Of a stretch of 64,000 bases of DNA, positions 11,816 through 25,340 are shown one piece after another; position 1 is the stretch's first letter, and each line of letters opens with the position of its first letter. The notes below the pieces were generated by a model. The model did no database searches. It saw only the letters and a list, made by a program, of their open reading frames with translations, and was not told where the DNA came from. The stretch is taken from NCBI RefSeq assembly GCF_006345805.1, contig NC_043002.1:93620001-93684000 (forward strand), given 5' to 3'. The translations under genes were made by a program, and so were the position numbers. The stretch is from Octopus sinensis. Taxonomy: Eukaryota.

Positions 11816-12569
11816 ATTAAAGAACAAACATAAAATTCCTGTCAACTACTTTATATAACATCACGCTTCCATACATTTCATCAAATATAAACATTACCTA
11901 AGAGGAATCTATAGATATAAAATTGAGAATGTGTGTCTGTCAGTGTGAATCCCTAAAACTCGAGAACTACCCAACCAATTTCATTCAAATTTTACACATG
12001 CCTTACTCAGGGTAATTCGAGCCCAGAGCAATCTCTTATCTCTCACACCTCTTACACTATTTCAGTATTTGGTTTCAAAAGTGAAACAATAACATATATA
12101 TATGTATATGTCTCTCTCCCTCTCTCTCCCCGTCTTTCTTCGTTCTGTCTTAGTTTATTTTTCTTTCCATAGGTATGATGTATTTTTGAAGTAAAATAGC
12201 AGTCAATTGATATTTATAAATTTCTGAGCCTTAGGTAGTTATAACTGAAATTATTTAAAAGAAGACTGAAAACTTGTCTTGCAAAATCCAGGAGGAGGGG
12301 AAGAGGTTGTGACATTTCTACCTCTCCCAAGAGCTTTAATAATTTCAGGTATTTTTATGTAGAAATCGAAATTGGGTCATACAGCCACCACATTCTAGGT
12401 TAGTTCATGTATTTCATCATCTTCTGTACAAATCAACCCTCAATCATTACCTCATTTCATTGAATCTACCTAGACATACTTCTAATGTTTTTGGTTCTTC
12501 ATTTTTAGCATATATCGACTTCAATGGATTCTTTATTGGCTTATGACCCATCTAATAATTTTCTTTCCA

Positions 12570-12608
<39 letters not shown>

Positions 12609-13279
12609 CAATAGTGCATATATATATTTTCCAGTCATTTCAATTAAAAAGAAACGCTAGTTGTCAGAAACTCTGCTGCTGAGGTCAAATAAGGCTGAAA
12701 CATTCCTGGAGTTGTCCACACTCTAGTAAACTCACACACACACACGTGTGTTTTATTTGGGGATTCCTGCTCCCTTTTAGATTACCCTCATCATTAAGGT
12801 TTACTTTAAATATATTGACTTGTTACCTCAAGTATACTTGCACTGACTTCACAAAGATTCATGTAGCATGTATATCCTTGGGTAACTTTTCCCAGCCATT
12901 CTCCTTTCATTGTGTGTATGTATATACATAGAGGAATGTGCATATGTGTCTGTGCATATACATGTATATGCACCAGTTCTTTGGGGTTTCCTGCTTTAGT
13001 TGGGTAACTCTTATGTGGTTTTCAGTATGCATGTCTCACTCAGGGGTTCCATCTTTGGCATGGCCTTTATATGGCTTTTCGTCTTGTCAGATACTTTGTA
13101 AAGTCTGCTGGGTGTATAGTTTAACCTACCATTGACACCAGAAAGGACGAAGGTATTCCTCAATTCTGTATCAGTTCACTGGAATTACTGCCCTGTTACA
13201 TGGGCAGCTGGCGCCATCTACTGTGGTTCTTCATCTATTACATACATACATTTATAAATATTATATACATCGAAATAAA

Positions 13280-13611
13280 TATCAATGGAAATAGTAGTTG
13301 TGATACCTGTGCCGGTAGCACATAAAAAGCACCATCCGAACATGGCTGTTTCCAGCGCTGCCTTGGCTGGCTTCCGTGCCAGTGGCACGTTAAAAGCACC
13401 AACTGATCGTGGCCGATGCCAGACTCCCCTGGCACCTGTGCCGGTGGCACGTAAATAGCACCCACTACACTCGCAGAGTGGTTGGCGTTAGGAAGGGCAT
13501 CCAGCTGTAGAAACACTGCCAGATCAGACTGGAGCCTGGTGCAGCCCCTGGCTTCCCAGACCCCGGTTGAACCGTCCAACCCGTGCTAGCACGCAAAACG
13601 GACGTTAAACA

Positions 13612-13641
<30 letters not shown>
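13280..13641 (+). mobile_element. RTE 3' UTR fragment with (GAT)n tail
   Basis: Matches 10470-10849; ends GGACGTTAAACAATGATGATG. Confidence 0.85.
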
Positions 13642-13705
<64 letters not shown>

Positions 13706-14326
13706 TATATATACACACACATGTATGTATACGTGCATATATATATACCTATTGTAGTGTGAAATACTTTCAGTTTAATACTTTACTATTAATACTGAAC
13801 CTATTAAACTATTATCTCATACATACATACATACCTATGTATATATGTGTATACATCTACACTTATGTATATGTATAGATGTATAACATACTCTCATCGT
13901 TATTAAATGACTTTAAAACACCAATGATCTTCTTCTAACTGTTATTATTGCTCCATTTCTTATCACTTTTTATATAGCTGCACCAGGCTCCAATCTTGAT
14001 CTGACAGAGTTTCTACAGCTTGATACCCTTCCTAATGCCAACCACTCCGAGAGTGTTGTGGGTGCTTTTTACGTGCCAGTCAGACGGTACTGGCAACGAC
14101 CTCGCTCAAACCTTTTTACACGTACCACCGGCACAGATGCCAGTGAAGTGACGTTGGTAACGATCACGCTCAAATGGTGCCCTTTTACGTGTCACGGGTA
14201 TATATATTATTTATATTATATATGTATATATATAGATTTATATGTTTATATATGTGTGTATATATAGAGATGTCTATGTAATATGTACACATATATATAC
14301 ACATATATACATGCATACATATATTT

Positions 14327-14373
<47 letters not shown>

Positions 14374-14388
14374 TACATATATACATAT

Positions 14389-14419
<31 letters not shown>

Positions 14420-14421
<2 letters not shown>

Positions 14422-15020
14422 GAGGCGCAGGTGTGGCTGTATGGTAAGAAACTTGGTTCCAAAGCACATGATCCTGGGTTCAGTTTCACTGTATGGTAAC
14501 TTGGCATGTGTCTTCTGCTATAGCCTCAGACCAACCAAAGCCTTGTGAGTGGATTTGGTAGACAGAAACTGAAATTAATCCATAAAGCATCATCCGTCCG
14601 TGGCCGTCTGCCAGCTCCGTCTGGCACCTGTGCGGGTGGCATGTAAAAAGCACCCACTACACTCTCGGAATGGTTGGCGTTAGAAAGGGCATCCAGCCTT
14701 AGAAACACTGCCAGATCAGACTAGGCCTGATGCAGCCTTCTGGCTTCACAGACCCCAGTTGAACCATCCAACCCATGCTAGCATGGAAAGCGGACGTTAA
14801 ACGATGATGATGATGATGTATATACATGTATGTATGTAAGTATATGTGTTTCTGTGTCTCTGTTTCTTCCTCACCATTGCTTGACAGCTGGTGTTGCTTT
14901 GTTTACATTGCTATAACTTACTACTTTGACAAGAAAAGACCAATAGAATAAGTACCAGGCTTATTAAAATTTTAAAAAAAGCAATGGGGTTCATTCATTC
15001 AACAAAGGATTCTTCTAGGT
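14420..15020 (+). mobile_element. SINE family A split by an RTE 3' end (about 14585-14815)
   Basis: SINE head 14420-14575, RTE 3' UTR with (GAT)n tail, then the SINE 3' half resumes near 14830. Confidence 0.7.
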
Positions 15021-16758
15021 AGTGTCTTGTACTTTTGTTTGCCCACTCAATTTTATCTACCAATCTATCTTTCTATATAATACACACACACATACATGTA
15101 TGTATATGTGCATATATATATCATACCTATAAAAGGGAGGATGTGTGTGTGTACGTGATTGTAATTTATGCACATCCACAAACTAGCATGCATGTCGCTC
15201 AAATTTTGGAGGACATTTGTCAATACCCTATCTGGGTTTTGTCAACTTATTTTTTTCCCCCCCGAGGCACCCGCGGATAGGGTAAAAATCTATTTTCAAC
15301 CATTTTCAACCATAGCTTTTAACCATAACAAATATCAGCCATTGCTTTTTGATGGCGTCTAACAAAAAAAAAAGATAAAGAAAAGTGGTAGAAGGAGGTA
15401 GAGAATTTCACTGGAAAGACAAAGTGAGAGAGGGAGAGAGAGAGTCATTGCTTTTTTGACAGCGTCTAACAAAAAAAAATAAGATAAAGAAAAGTGGAAG
15501 AAGGAGGCAGAGAGCTTCACGGGAAAGACAAAGTGAGAGAGGGAGAGAGAGAGAGTAAGGGACTACGTTCATAAAAAATAAAATGTAAAATGTTTTCTTT
15601 TTGTTTTTGAAAGGCACACTATATTTTATAATCATAGTATATATATACTTTCTCACACAACAATTACAATATATTTATTTATTTTAAATCGTTCATCTTT
15701 CTCCCCCCTCTCTCTCTCACAGACATTACTTTAGGTGCGAAAGAGTTTTGTTTTTATTTTACGCTGAGTAAAAAAGTATTTTGTTGACAATCCATTTATT
15801 TAACAACAAAGAAACAAAGAGGTGAGTAACAATTTACGCAATATAAATGGGTACAATTTGCGAGTCTTCCACCACACCCCACTCCGTTTCATGGACCACA
15901 AAAAGGGTTTTGAGGCCAGAGTAGTTGATTCCATGCAAAAAAACGATATTTTTTTCTTAGTGAAAATTGTGCGAGTGTTAATCTACAAATTTAACAACAT
16001 TTTTTCCATTCTTGACTTTTAGACCCTACCCCTAATAGGGGCCTTAACTCCCACATTTTAGAGCTCCACATGCTCCATTTTTCAGGAGTAAAATCCTTTC
16101 AATGGGTTTTATAAGATTTGGATTTCGGAATCTGAGCATAAAGATGATTAGTGTGGGATAAATATGTCATGATTAGAATTTTTCTTAGGGTGTGTAAAGA
16201 GGGAAAGAACCCTCATTAAAATTCTTAATCTCCAGTTTTGATGAAATTTGTATCATAAGTATTCTAGTTCATTAGAGAAAATATAAAAGAAAAGTCTAAT
16301 TTTGGGCAATGTTGAGTATCTCTGCTAGTACATACATATATATAAAAGCACAGAAGGTAATAAAATAGGTATATTTTGATCCTTTCACCTGCACAATTTT
16401 CACTAAGAAAAAAAACTTGGATTTTTTGCATGGAATCAAGTACCCTGAGCTCCTAATATGCTGCAAATCCCTTATTTTTGTTTGGAAAAAGAAGGTGGGG
16501 TGGGAAACCGGAGCCCCTCTCCATATCCCGGAATCATTGGAAATTTTTTTTTCATTGAATGAATTCTGGTTACCTCCTAATATGCTACAAAATCCTTTTT
16601 TGGGGGTCTGGAAAATAGGGTGGGGTGAGGTGAAAGCCTTGGAAATTTCACCCCACCCCTATTGATCTTTTCACCTGCATGATTTTCATGAAAAAGAAAA
16701 GTATAATATTAAAACAAAAATATCTTTTCCCTACCTCTTAAAATCACTGGATATAATA

Positions 16759-19700
16759 CATCATCATCATCATCATCGTTTAACGTTCGCTTTCCATGCT
16801 AGCATGGGTTGGACGGTTCAACTGGGGTCTGGGAAGCCCGAAGGTTGCACCAGGCCAGTCAGGTCTGGCGGTGTTTCTACAGCTGGATGCCCTTCCTAAC
16901 GCCAACCACTCCGTGAGTGTAGTGGGTGCTTTTTATGTGCCACCGACACAGGTGCCAGACGAGGCTGGCGAACGGCCACGCTCGGATGGTGCTTTTTACA
17001 TGCCACCGGCACGGAGGCCAGGCGAGGCTGACACGGCCATGATCGAATGGTGTTTGTTACGTGCCACCCGCACGGAGGCCAGTCGATGCGGTGCTGGCTA
17101 CGGCCACGTACAGATGGTTCTCTTATGTGCCACCAGCACTGGTACCACAAACTACAAATTCCATTGATGTGCATCGATTTTGATTTTAATTTTGATTTTC
17201 ACTTGCCTCAACAGGTCTTCACAAGTAGAGTTATGTGTCCCAAGAAGGAAGGTATGCACAGGTGGACTGACTACGTCCCAGGTAGGGACCACGGGTTATG
17301 GCCTCACTTGTCCTGCCGGGGCTTCTCACGCACAGCATACTTCCATGTGTTTCACCACCTTGTCCCAGGTTTTCCTGGGTCTACCTCTACCACAGGTTCC
17401 CTCAACCGCTAGGGTGTGGCACTTTTTCACACAACTATCTTCATCCATTCTTACCACGTGTCCATACCAGCATAGACGTTTCTCTTGCACACCACATCTA
17501 ATGCTTCTTTTCTCTCAAGGTACTTACACTCTGTCGGGTATGAACACTGACATTACACATCTATCGGAGCATACTGGCTTCATTTCTTGCGAGCTTACGC
17601 ATATCCTCAGCAGTCACAGCCCATGTTTCACTGCCATGTAGCATGGCTGTTCGTGCACATGCGTCATACAGTCTGCAATTTACTCTGAGCGAGAGGCCTT
17701 TTGTCACCAGCAGAGGTAAGAGCTCTCTGAACTTTGCCCAGGCTATTCTTACACTAGCAGTAACACTTTCAGCACGCCCACCCCCACTACTGACTTGATC
17801 ACCTAGGTAACGGAAACTATCAACTATTTCTAGTTTTTCTCCCTGGAATGTGGCGGAAGACGGTCTCTGCGCATTTTCAGTGTTTATTGCACCAGAGCAT
17901 CTGTCACATACAAAAACTATATTCCTAGTTAGCCTTCCTTTGACATTGCTGCACCTCTTATGTGTCCATAGCTTACACTTGGTGCATCTTATAGAGTTTC
18001 TACCTATGCCTTTTCTACAGATCGAGCAGGGCCATCTACCTGAAGGCGTTTGAGATTTGTCTACCTTCCTACTTATTAGGACTTTGGTTTTAGCTAGATT
18101 GACTCTAAGGCCCTTCGATTCTAATCCTTGCTTCCACACCTGAAACTTCTCCTCGAGTTCTGATAATGATTCAGCAATTAGAGCAAGGTCATCAGCATAG
18201 AGGAGCTCCCAGGGGCATCCTGTCTTGAATTCCTCTGTTATTGCCTGGACGACTGTGATAAATAGGAGGGGGCTGAGGACTGAACCTTGGTGGACCCCAA
18301 CCTCCACTCGGAATTCTTCACTGTACTCGTTGCCAACCCTCACCTTACTAACAGCGTCCCTGTACATGGCACACACAGCTCTCACTAACCATTCATCTAT
18401 CCCTAGTTTCCTCATTGACCACCAGATAAGGGAACGGGAGACCCTGTCAAAGGCTTTCTCCAAGTCAATGAAAGCCAGGTACAGAGTTTTATCTTTGGCT
18501 AGGTATTTCTCCTGCAGCTGTCTCACCAGAAACATGGCATCGGTGGTGCTTTTCCCTGGCACGAAACCAAACTGCATCTCGTCCAGGTTGACTCTCTCTC
18601 TAATCAGTTGGGCTATGACCCTTTCCGTAACCTTCATCACCTGATCCAACAGCTTGATACCTCTGTAATTACTTGTATGTAGGGCGTCACCTTTACCTTT
18701 GTAGCAGTTGACTGTTATGCTACTACACCAGTCATTGGGTATGACTCCTTCGTGTATCACCTGGTTAACTATACAGGTGACTAGGCTTTGGCCGACACTG
18801 CGAGATATTTTTAGCATCTCTGCAGTAATTCCTGATGGGCCTGGGGCTTTCCTTGTCTTCATGCTTCTAATTGCCTTAACTACCATGGAACTGTCAACTC
18901 GGATAGCTGGTCCCTCTGTTGCGTTGACATTCGGCAGACTCTCTTTATCTCATTGATTCTCTTTGTTGAGCAACCTTTCATAGTGGCATCTCCAAACCTC
19001 TCTCTTTGCATCCTCATTTAGCGCAAGTGAACCATCATCCATGCGAACACATTTCTCTCCTACCACATCACGATTCTCTCTCACACACTGTCTTGCAACA
19101 CGAAACACCTCAAGTTTTTGGTCCTCACGGTGCAGAACATTGGCAAATTTTTTCTTATCTGCTTCCCCTCTGGCTAAATATACCTGTCTCCTAGCTTCTC
19201 TTTTCGCAGTCTGATACAATTCCCTACAACCGCCATTCCTCCAGTCCTTCCAGGCCTGTCGCTTGTCTCTAATAGCTCTGTCTACAACATTGTCCACCAC
19301 CACGTTACCCTGGGATGAGATGGGACTTTGCTCCATCCACAGATCTCGTCAGTGGCTCTCAGCAGATTGTCCCGTAGAAACCTCCATTTGGCTTACACAT
19401 TATGTGATGCTATATCCCCTTCTACTTCGTCGAAAGCTTCGAGCAGGACTTCTCTAAATCTCTGTCCATTTACAGGATCTTTAAGTTTTCAGACTCTTCT
19501 CCTCCCAGCTGGTCTTCTGGGCAGCCATTTGGCCCTGATCCTGAAGTCGCTAACTACTAATCTATGTTGAGGAGTACATTCCTCGCCTGGAAAAGTTTTG
19601 GCATTTATAAGCAGCCCTCTTTCCGTCTTTCTGGTGAGGATGTAGTCGATCTGGCTGGTGTGTCTGCCAGAACGGTAGGTGACTAGGTGAGAGGTGAATT

Positions 19701-20330
19701 TCCTGAAGTTGGTATTGCAAGTCATAAGGTCATTTGCATCACAGAACTCCAGCAGCCTGGTTCCCTCCTCATTGCGAGAACCAAAACCGTAGCCCCCGTG
19801 TATGCTATGGAAGCCCCCGACGTGACGTCCAACATGTCCATTGAAGTCACCTGCTATGAAGAGAAGGTCACTGTCATTTGTCAACGAGGTAGTCTGTAAT
19901 AGGGTGTCATAGAATCGGTCTTTCTGTCCTTCTGGTAGCCCCGGGTGAGGGGCATATGCCGAGATAATGGTTGCTGACCTATGATAAAGCACTAATCTAA
20001 TCTTAAGTATTCTGTCACATGCTCTGACTACCTTGACTACCTTATCAACCCATTTCTCTGCAAGAAGTATACCCACGCCCCTGACCCCGTCAGTGTTCCC
20101 TGCCCAGAAAATCTTGTACCTGAATTCTTTGCCTTTGAGGAACCTAGCGGAACCTCCTCTCCACCTTACTTCTTGGATGCAGCACAAATCCACACATCTC
20201 CGTTCAAGCAGCTCGACAATCTCACCAGACCTACCTTTCAATGTGCCAACATTGAGTGTGCCAACTCTGAGGGTGTGGGAGGTGTGGGCCCGTGGGACCC
20301 TGGGATGGTAGACAGAAGTGTCGTGTACCT
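16759..20330 (-). mobile_element. Near-full-length RTE-clade LINE (APE endonuclease + RT + PHD finger), inactivated by a few mutations
   Basis: ORF 19489-20364 APE (LRVGTLNVGTL, CIQEVRW, IAGDFNGHVG, SQIDYIL); ORF 17561-18886 RT (YRGIKLL, QFGF, DLEKAFD, GVHQGSVLSP, YADDL); nonsense changes e.g. RRV*KLKD at 19489 and LR* at 17561; (CAT)n tail at 16759. Confidence 0.95.
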
Positions 20331-21938
20331 GAAAAGAAGAAGACTTGCAATTGGCAGATTTCATAAAGGAACACTAGACCACAAACCTTCATACACTACA
20401 GTTTTTGCGCTCAGATTGGAAAATAGATTTGAAAAACTAACTCACTCTCTCTCTCCGTTCCTCTCTCTCTTCCCACACAAAAATGAAACTCATTTCAGCG
20501 CCAAAAATTGCAAAGGGAAAATGCTTTACATTTTCAAATCTATTTTCCAATCTGGGATGGGCTTATTATATCTTTTATATACAGTGATTTTAAGAGGTAG
20601 GAAAAAGATATCTTGTTTTAACATACTTTTATTTTGTTTCACACATACATGCAAAAACTCTAGCGTGTTTTTTTAATTGAGTTTATCGTTTGTTATCTCT
20701 CCACACACTTCGTTATCACTAACTTCTATAACCTCTGCCTTTTCACTTATTCATTTCAAATTTCTTTGAATTTTCAATCCAATGTAATCCATACTCTCTC
20801 AAAAACATATTTCTACAAAATGTTATCTAAAATTATGGATAAAGAAAGAAAAAGCAAAAAAATATTTGAAAATGGGGGTTGGGGTGAAATTTCCGAGGGT
20901 TCCACCCCAACTCCGTTTTCCGGACCTCAAAAAAGGTTTTGTAGCATATTAGGAGGTCACCAGAATTTATTCAATGAAAAAAAAAAAAAAAAAATTTCCA
21001 ATGATTCCGGGATGGGGTGGGGGTCAGGAGCAGGGTTCGGTTCCCACCCCTCCTTTTTTCTGAACAAAAATAAGGGGTTTGCAGCATATTAGGAGGTCAG
21101 GGTACTTGATTCCATGCAAAAGAACTGAGGGTTTTTTTTTTCTGAGTGAAAATCGTGCGGGTGAAAGACTCAAATAATACCAAGAAATATATATGCACAT
21201 ATATACAAAATATATAGAAAGGCCTGTCAAGAAAAGATATATACAAATCGACTAAAATAAGTAATTAAAATGAATTACTAAAGCGTGTCAAGAAACTAAA
21301 AAAATCAGTCAACTACAAAGAAGTTTTTACCCTTCAATCTATAATAATATATTTCTTGACAAACAAAGGGATTAAGTCGATTACATCGACCCCAGTGCGA
21401 GACTGGTACTTTTATTTATTGACCCTGAAAGGATGAAAGGAAAAGTCGACCTCGGTGGAATCTGGAATCAGAACGTAATGACAGACGAAATACCGCGAAG
21501 CATTCCGCCGGGGCGCAGACGAATTTGTGTGTTTGTGTCACACTTGACACACTCCTTTCTCACAATTCAGTGACAGTAATAGTCACAGGTGAGAGTAATA
21601 GTATGAGCTGTAGTTGTGATAGAGGCAACGGTGATGATGGTGGTGGTGGTAGTAGCTGAGGCGGCCAAGTATGACGGTGATAGTAAGGAATGTGAAAGAT
21701 AGTGGTGATGGTGGTGGAGGGGAAGGTGGCCAGGTGAAAGATGTTAAGGTTGGTTGCATCAAAAGTCTGAATGGTGTGTGTATGGTAGTTGTGGTGGTAT
21801 GGGTGATGGTGATGGTTGAAAACAACCAACAGAAAGAGAGAGAGAGAAAAAGTTAAGACAGAAAAAAAAAATTGTACTAACTCCCAAAAATGTCCTCTAT
21901 CATGAAGTTTTGCAATAAGTTTGAAGACATGTTATATC

Positions 21939-22170
21939 TATTTCTTTACTACCCACAAGGGGCTAAACACAAAGAGGACAAACAAGGACAGACAAATGGA
22001 TTAAGCCGATTTTATCGACCCCAGTGTGTAACTGGTATTTATTTAATCGACCCTGAAAGGACGAAAGGCAAAGTCGACTTCGGCGGAATTTGAACTCAGA
22101 ACGTAGCGGTAGACGAAATACTTCTAAGCATTTCGCCCGGCGGGCTAACGATTCTGCCAAGCTCGCCGCC
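21939..22170 (-). mobile_element. tRNA-derived SINE family B (Meta-domain-like)
   Basis: Head GGCGGCGAGCTTGGCAG, B box GTTCAAATTCC, central GCCTTTCGTCCTTTCAGGGTCGAT..GTACCAG-like segment resembling MetaSINE domains (from memory); partial copy at 21365-21520. Confidence 0.8.
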
Positions 22171-22381
22171 CTAAACAACAACATGTTATATCAGTGTTTT
22201 GATGACAATTGTTCATTGCTTGAAAAATATTGGTCAAGTTAAATAAAATTTACTATGTACTCAATGCATGAAGTGTCATTATTGGGCTCAAGGCCCAATG
22301 AAGAGCCCTCCACAGGAGCTAGCTTAAAAGCCACCCAATTGGGTGGCTTTTAAGCTAGTTAAAAATATATACAGGTCTTTT

Positions 22382-22478
22382 GGTGGAGGTAAAGAATATG
22401 TACACCACCCGTTTTTGGCATAACAAAAACTCTAACCCTAACCCTAAACACCGGGTGTACATATTCTTTACTTTCACC
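22382..22478. mobile_element. Tiny MITE with 25-bp TIRs and internal TAACCC repeats
   Basis: GGTGGAGGTAAAGAATATGTACACC ... GGTGTACATATTCTTTACTTTCACC (23/25 match). Confidence 0.7.
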
Positions 22479-22603
22479 ATTGTTTTTTTTTTTAGAAAAC
22501 ATAAAAATGGAGAAGAAGCACACTCCAAGTAGAGCAGTTTCTATTTATTACTGGTGAGGTTACCCCACCATACTTTAAAGAGGTCATAAGTCAACAAGTT
22601 TTT

Positions 22604-22659
22604 GGGTCTGATGATACACCATAAAGATACACTTTGTGGTGAGAAACTCAGGGTAACCT
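22604..22659 (+). ncRNA. Type I hammerhead ribozyme motif, canonical core
   Basis: GGGT-CTGATGA-TACACCATAAAG-ATACA-CTTTGTGGTGA-GAAA-CTCAGGGT-A-ACCT: long stem II, stem III ACUC-A-GGGU, triplet GUA, 4-bp stem I. Confidence 0.7.
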
Positions 22660-22756
22660 TAAAGACATGCCTTCACCAGTAATAAATATATATATATATG
22701 TGGTTGTTATATTTTTCTGATAACATAATAGGTTAGATAGGATGCTGTCTATATTA

Positions 22757-25340
22757 CATCATCATCATTTAGCGTCCACTTTCCATGCTAGCATAGGTTG
22801 GATGGTTCAACTGGGGTCTGGGAAGCCAGAAGGCTGCACCAGGCCCAGTCTGATCTGGCAATGTTCCTACGGCTGGATGCCCTTCCTAATGCCAACCACT
22901 CCGTGAGTGTAGTGGGTGCTTTTTACGTGCCAGATGGGGCTAGCAAACAGTCACGGTCGGATGGTGCTTTTTACATGCCACCGGCACGGGGGCCAAGCGA
23001 GGCTGGCAACAGCCACATTCGGATGGTTTGCTTACGTGCCACCGGCACTGGTATCACAGCTACAATTTCCATTGATGTTGATCGATTTCGATTTTGATTC
23101 TGATTCCTTACTTGCCTCAACAGGTCTTCACAAGTAGAGTTTTGTGTCCCAAGAAGGAATGGTTTGCATAAGTGGACTGGCTACATCCCAGGTAGAGGCC
23201 ATGGATTATGGTCTCACTTGTCCTGCTAGGTCTTCTCATGCACAGCATACTTCCAACGGTCTTGGTCTCTAGTCATTTCCTCGGTGAGACCTAAAGTTCG
23301 AAGGTTGTGCTTCACCACCTCGTCCCAGGTTTTCCTGGGTCTACCTCTTCCACAGGTTCCCTCAACTGCTAGGGTGTGGCACTTTTTCACACAACTATCT
23401 TCATCCACTCTCATCACATGACCATACCAGCGCAAACGTCTCTCTTGCACACCACAACTGATGCTTCTTAGGTCCAACTTTTCTCTCAAGGTACTTACAC
23501 TCTGTCAAGTATGAACACTGACATTACACATCCATCGGAGCATACTGGCTTCATTTCTTGCGAGCTTACGCATATCCTCAGCAGTCACAGCCCATGTTTC
23601 ACTACCATGTAGCATGGCTGTTCGTACGCATGCATCATACAGTCTGCCTTTTACTCTGAGCGGGAGGCCTTTTGTCATCAGCAGGGGTAAGAGCTCTCTG
23701 AACTTTGCCCAGGCTATTCTTACTCTAGCAGTAACACTTTCAGCACACCCACCCCTGCTACTGACTTGGTCACCTAGGTAACGGAAACTATCAACTATTT
23801 CTAGTTTTTCTCCCTGGAATGTGGTGGAAGTTGGTCTCTGCACATTTTCAATGTTTATTGCCCCTGAGCATCTGCCACATACAAAAACTATTTTCCTAGT
23901 TAGCCTTCCTTTGACATTGCTGCACCTCTTATGTGTCCATAGCTTACACTTGGTGCATCTTATAGAGTTTCTACCTACGCCTTTTCTACAGATTGAGCAG
24001 GGCCATCTACCTGAAGGCGTTTGTGATTTGTCTACCTTCCTACTTATTAGGACTTTGGTTTTAGCTAGATTGACTCTAAGGCCCTTCGATTCTAATCCTT
24101 GCTTCCACACCTGAAACTTCTCCTCGAGTTCTGATAATGACTCAGCAATTAGAGCAAGGTCATCAGCATAGAGGAGCTCCCAGGAGCATCCTGTCTTGAA
24201 TTCCTCTGTTATTGCCTGGAGGACTATGATAAATAGGAGGGGGATGAGGACTGAACCTTGGTGGACCCCAACCTCTACCCGGAATTCTTCACTGTACTCG
24301 TTGCCAACCCTCACCTTACTAGCAGCGTCCCTGTACATGGCTCGCACAGCTCTCACTAACCATTCATCTATCCCTAGTTTCCTCATTGACCACCAGATAA
24401 GGGATCGGGGGACCCTGTCGAAGGCTTTCTCCATGTCAACAAAAGCCAGGTACAGGGGCTTATCTTTGGCTAGGTATTTCTCCTGCAGCTGTTTTACTAG
24501 GAATATAGCATCAGTAGTACTTTTCCCTGGTACGAACCCAAACTGCATCTCATCTAGACTGGCTCTCTCTCTAATTAGTTGGGCTATGACCCTCTCCGTA
24601 ACCTTCATTACCTGATCCAACAGCTTGATACCCCTGTAGTTATTTGTATCTAGGGCGTCACCTTTACCTTTGTAGCAGTTGACTATTATGCTGCTACACC
24701 AGTCATTGGGAATGACTCCTTCATGTATCACCTGGTTAACTATACGGGTGACTAGGCTATAGCCGACACTACCAGATATTTTGAGCATCTCTGCAGTAAT
24801 TCCTGATGGGCCTGGGGCTTTCCCTGTCTTCATGCTTCTAATTGCCTGAACTACCAAGGAACTGTCAACTCGGATAGCTGGTCCCTCTTTATCCTATTTA
24901 TCCTATTCATTTTCTTTATTCAGCAACCTTTCATAGTGGCATCTCCAAACCTCTCTCTTTGCATCCTCATTTAGTGCAAGTGAACCATCATCCATGTGAA
25001 CACATTTCTCTCCTACCCATCACGATTCTCTCTCACACACTGTCTTGCAACACGAAATACCTCAAGTCTTTCGTCCTCACGGCGCAGAACATTGGCAAAT
25101 TTTTTTCTTATCTGCTTCCCCTCTGGCTAAATACACCTGCCTCCTAGCTTCCCATCTGGCAGTCTGATACACTTCCCTACTACCACTGTTCTTCCAGTTC
25201 TTCCAAGCCTGTTTCTTTTGTCTAATAGCCCTGTCAACAATATTGTTCCACCACCACCACGTTATTTTGGGTCTTGAGGGGACTTTGCACCAACCACAGA
25301 TCTGGTCAGTGGCTCTCAGCAGGTTGTCCCTTAGAGACCT
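22757..25340 (-). mobile_element. 5'-truncated RTE LINE of the same family as 16759-20330
   Basis: 450-aa open RT/PHD ORF 23505-24857, C-terminal ORF 23226-23489, (CAT)n tail at 22757. Confidence 0.95.

Noticed and set aside
12676-12720. Hammerhead-like CTGCTGA-GGTC..GGCT-GAAAC
   Set aside because: A6 is mutated and no stem I pairing can be found; too weak to call.
21560-21856. His/Thr/Pro-rich ORFs
   Set aside because: Degenerate (GGT/GAT)n trinucleotide low-complexity tract.
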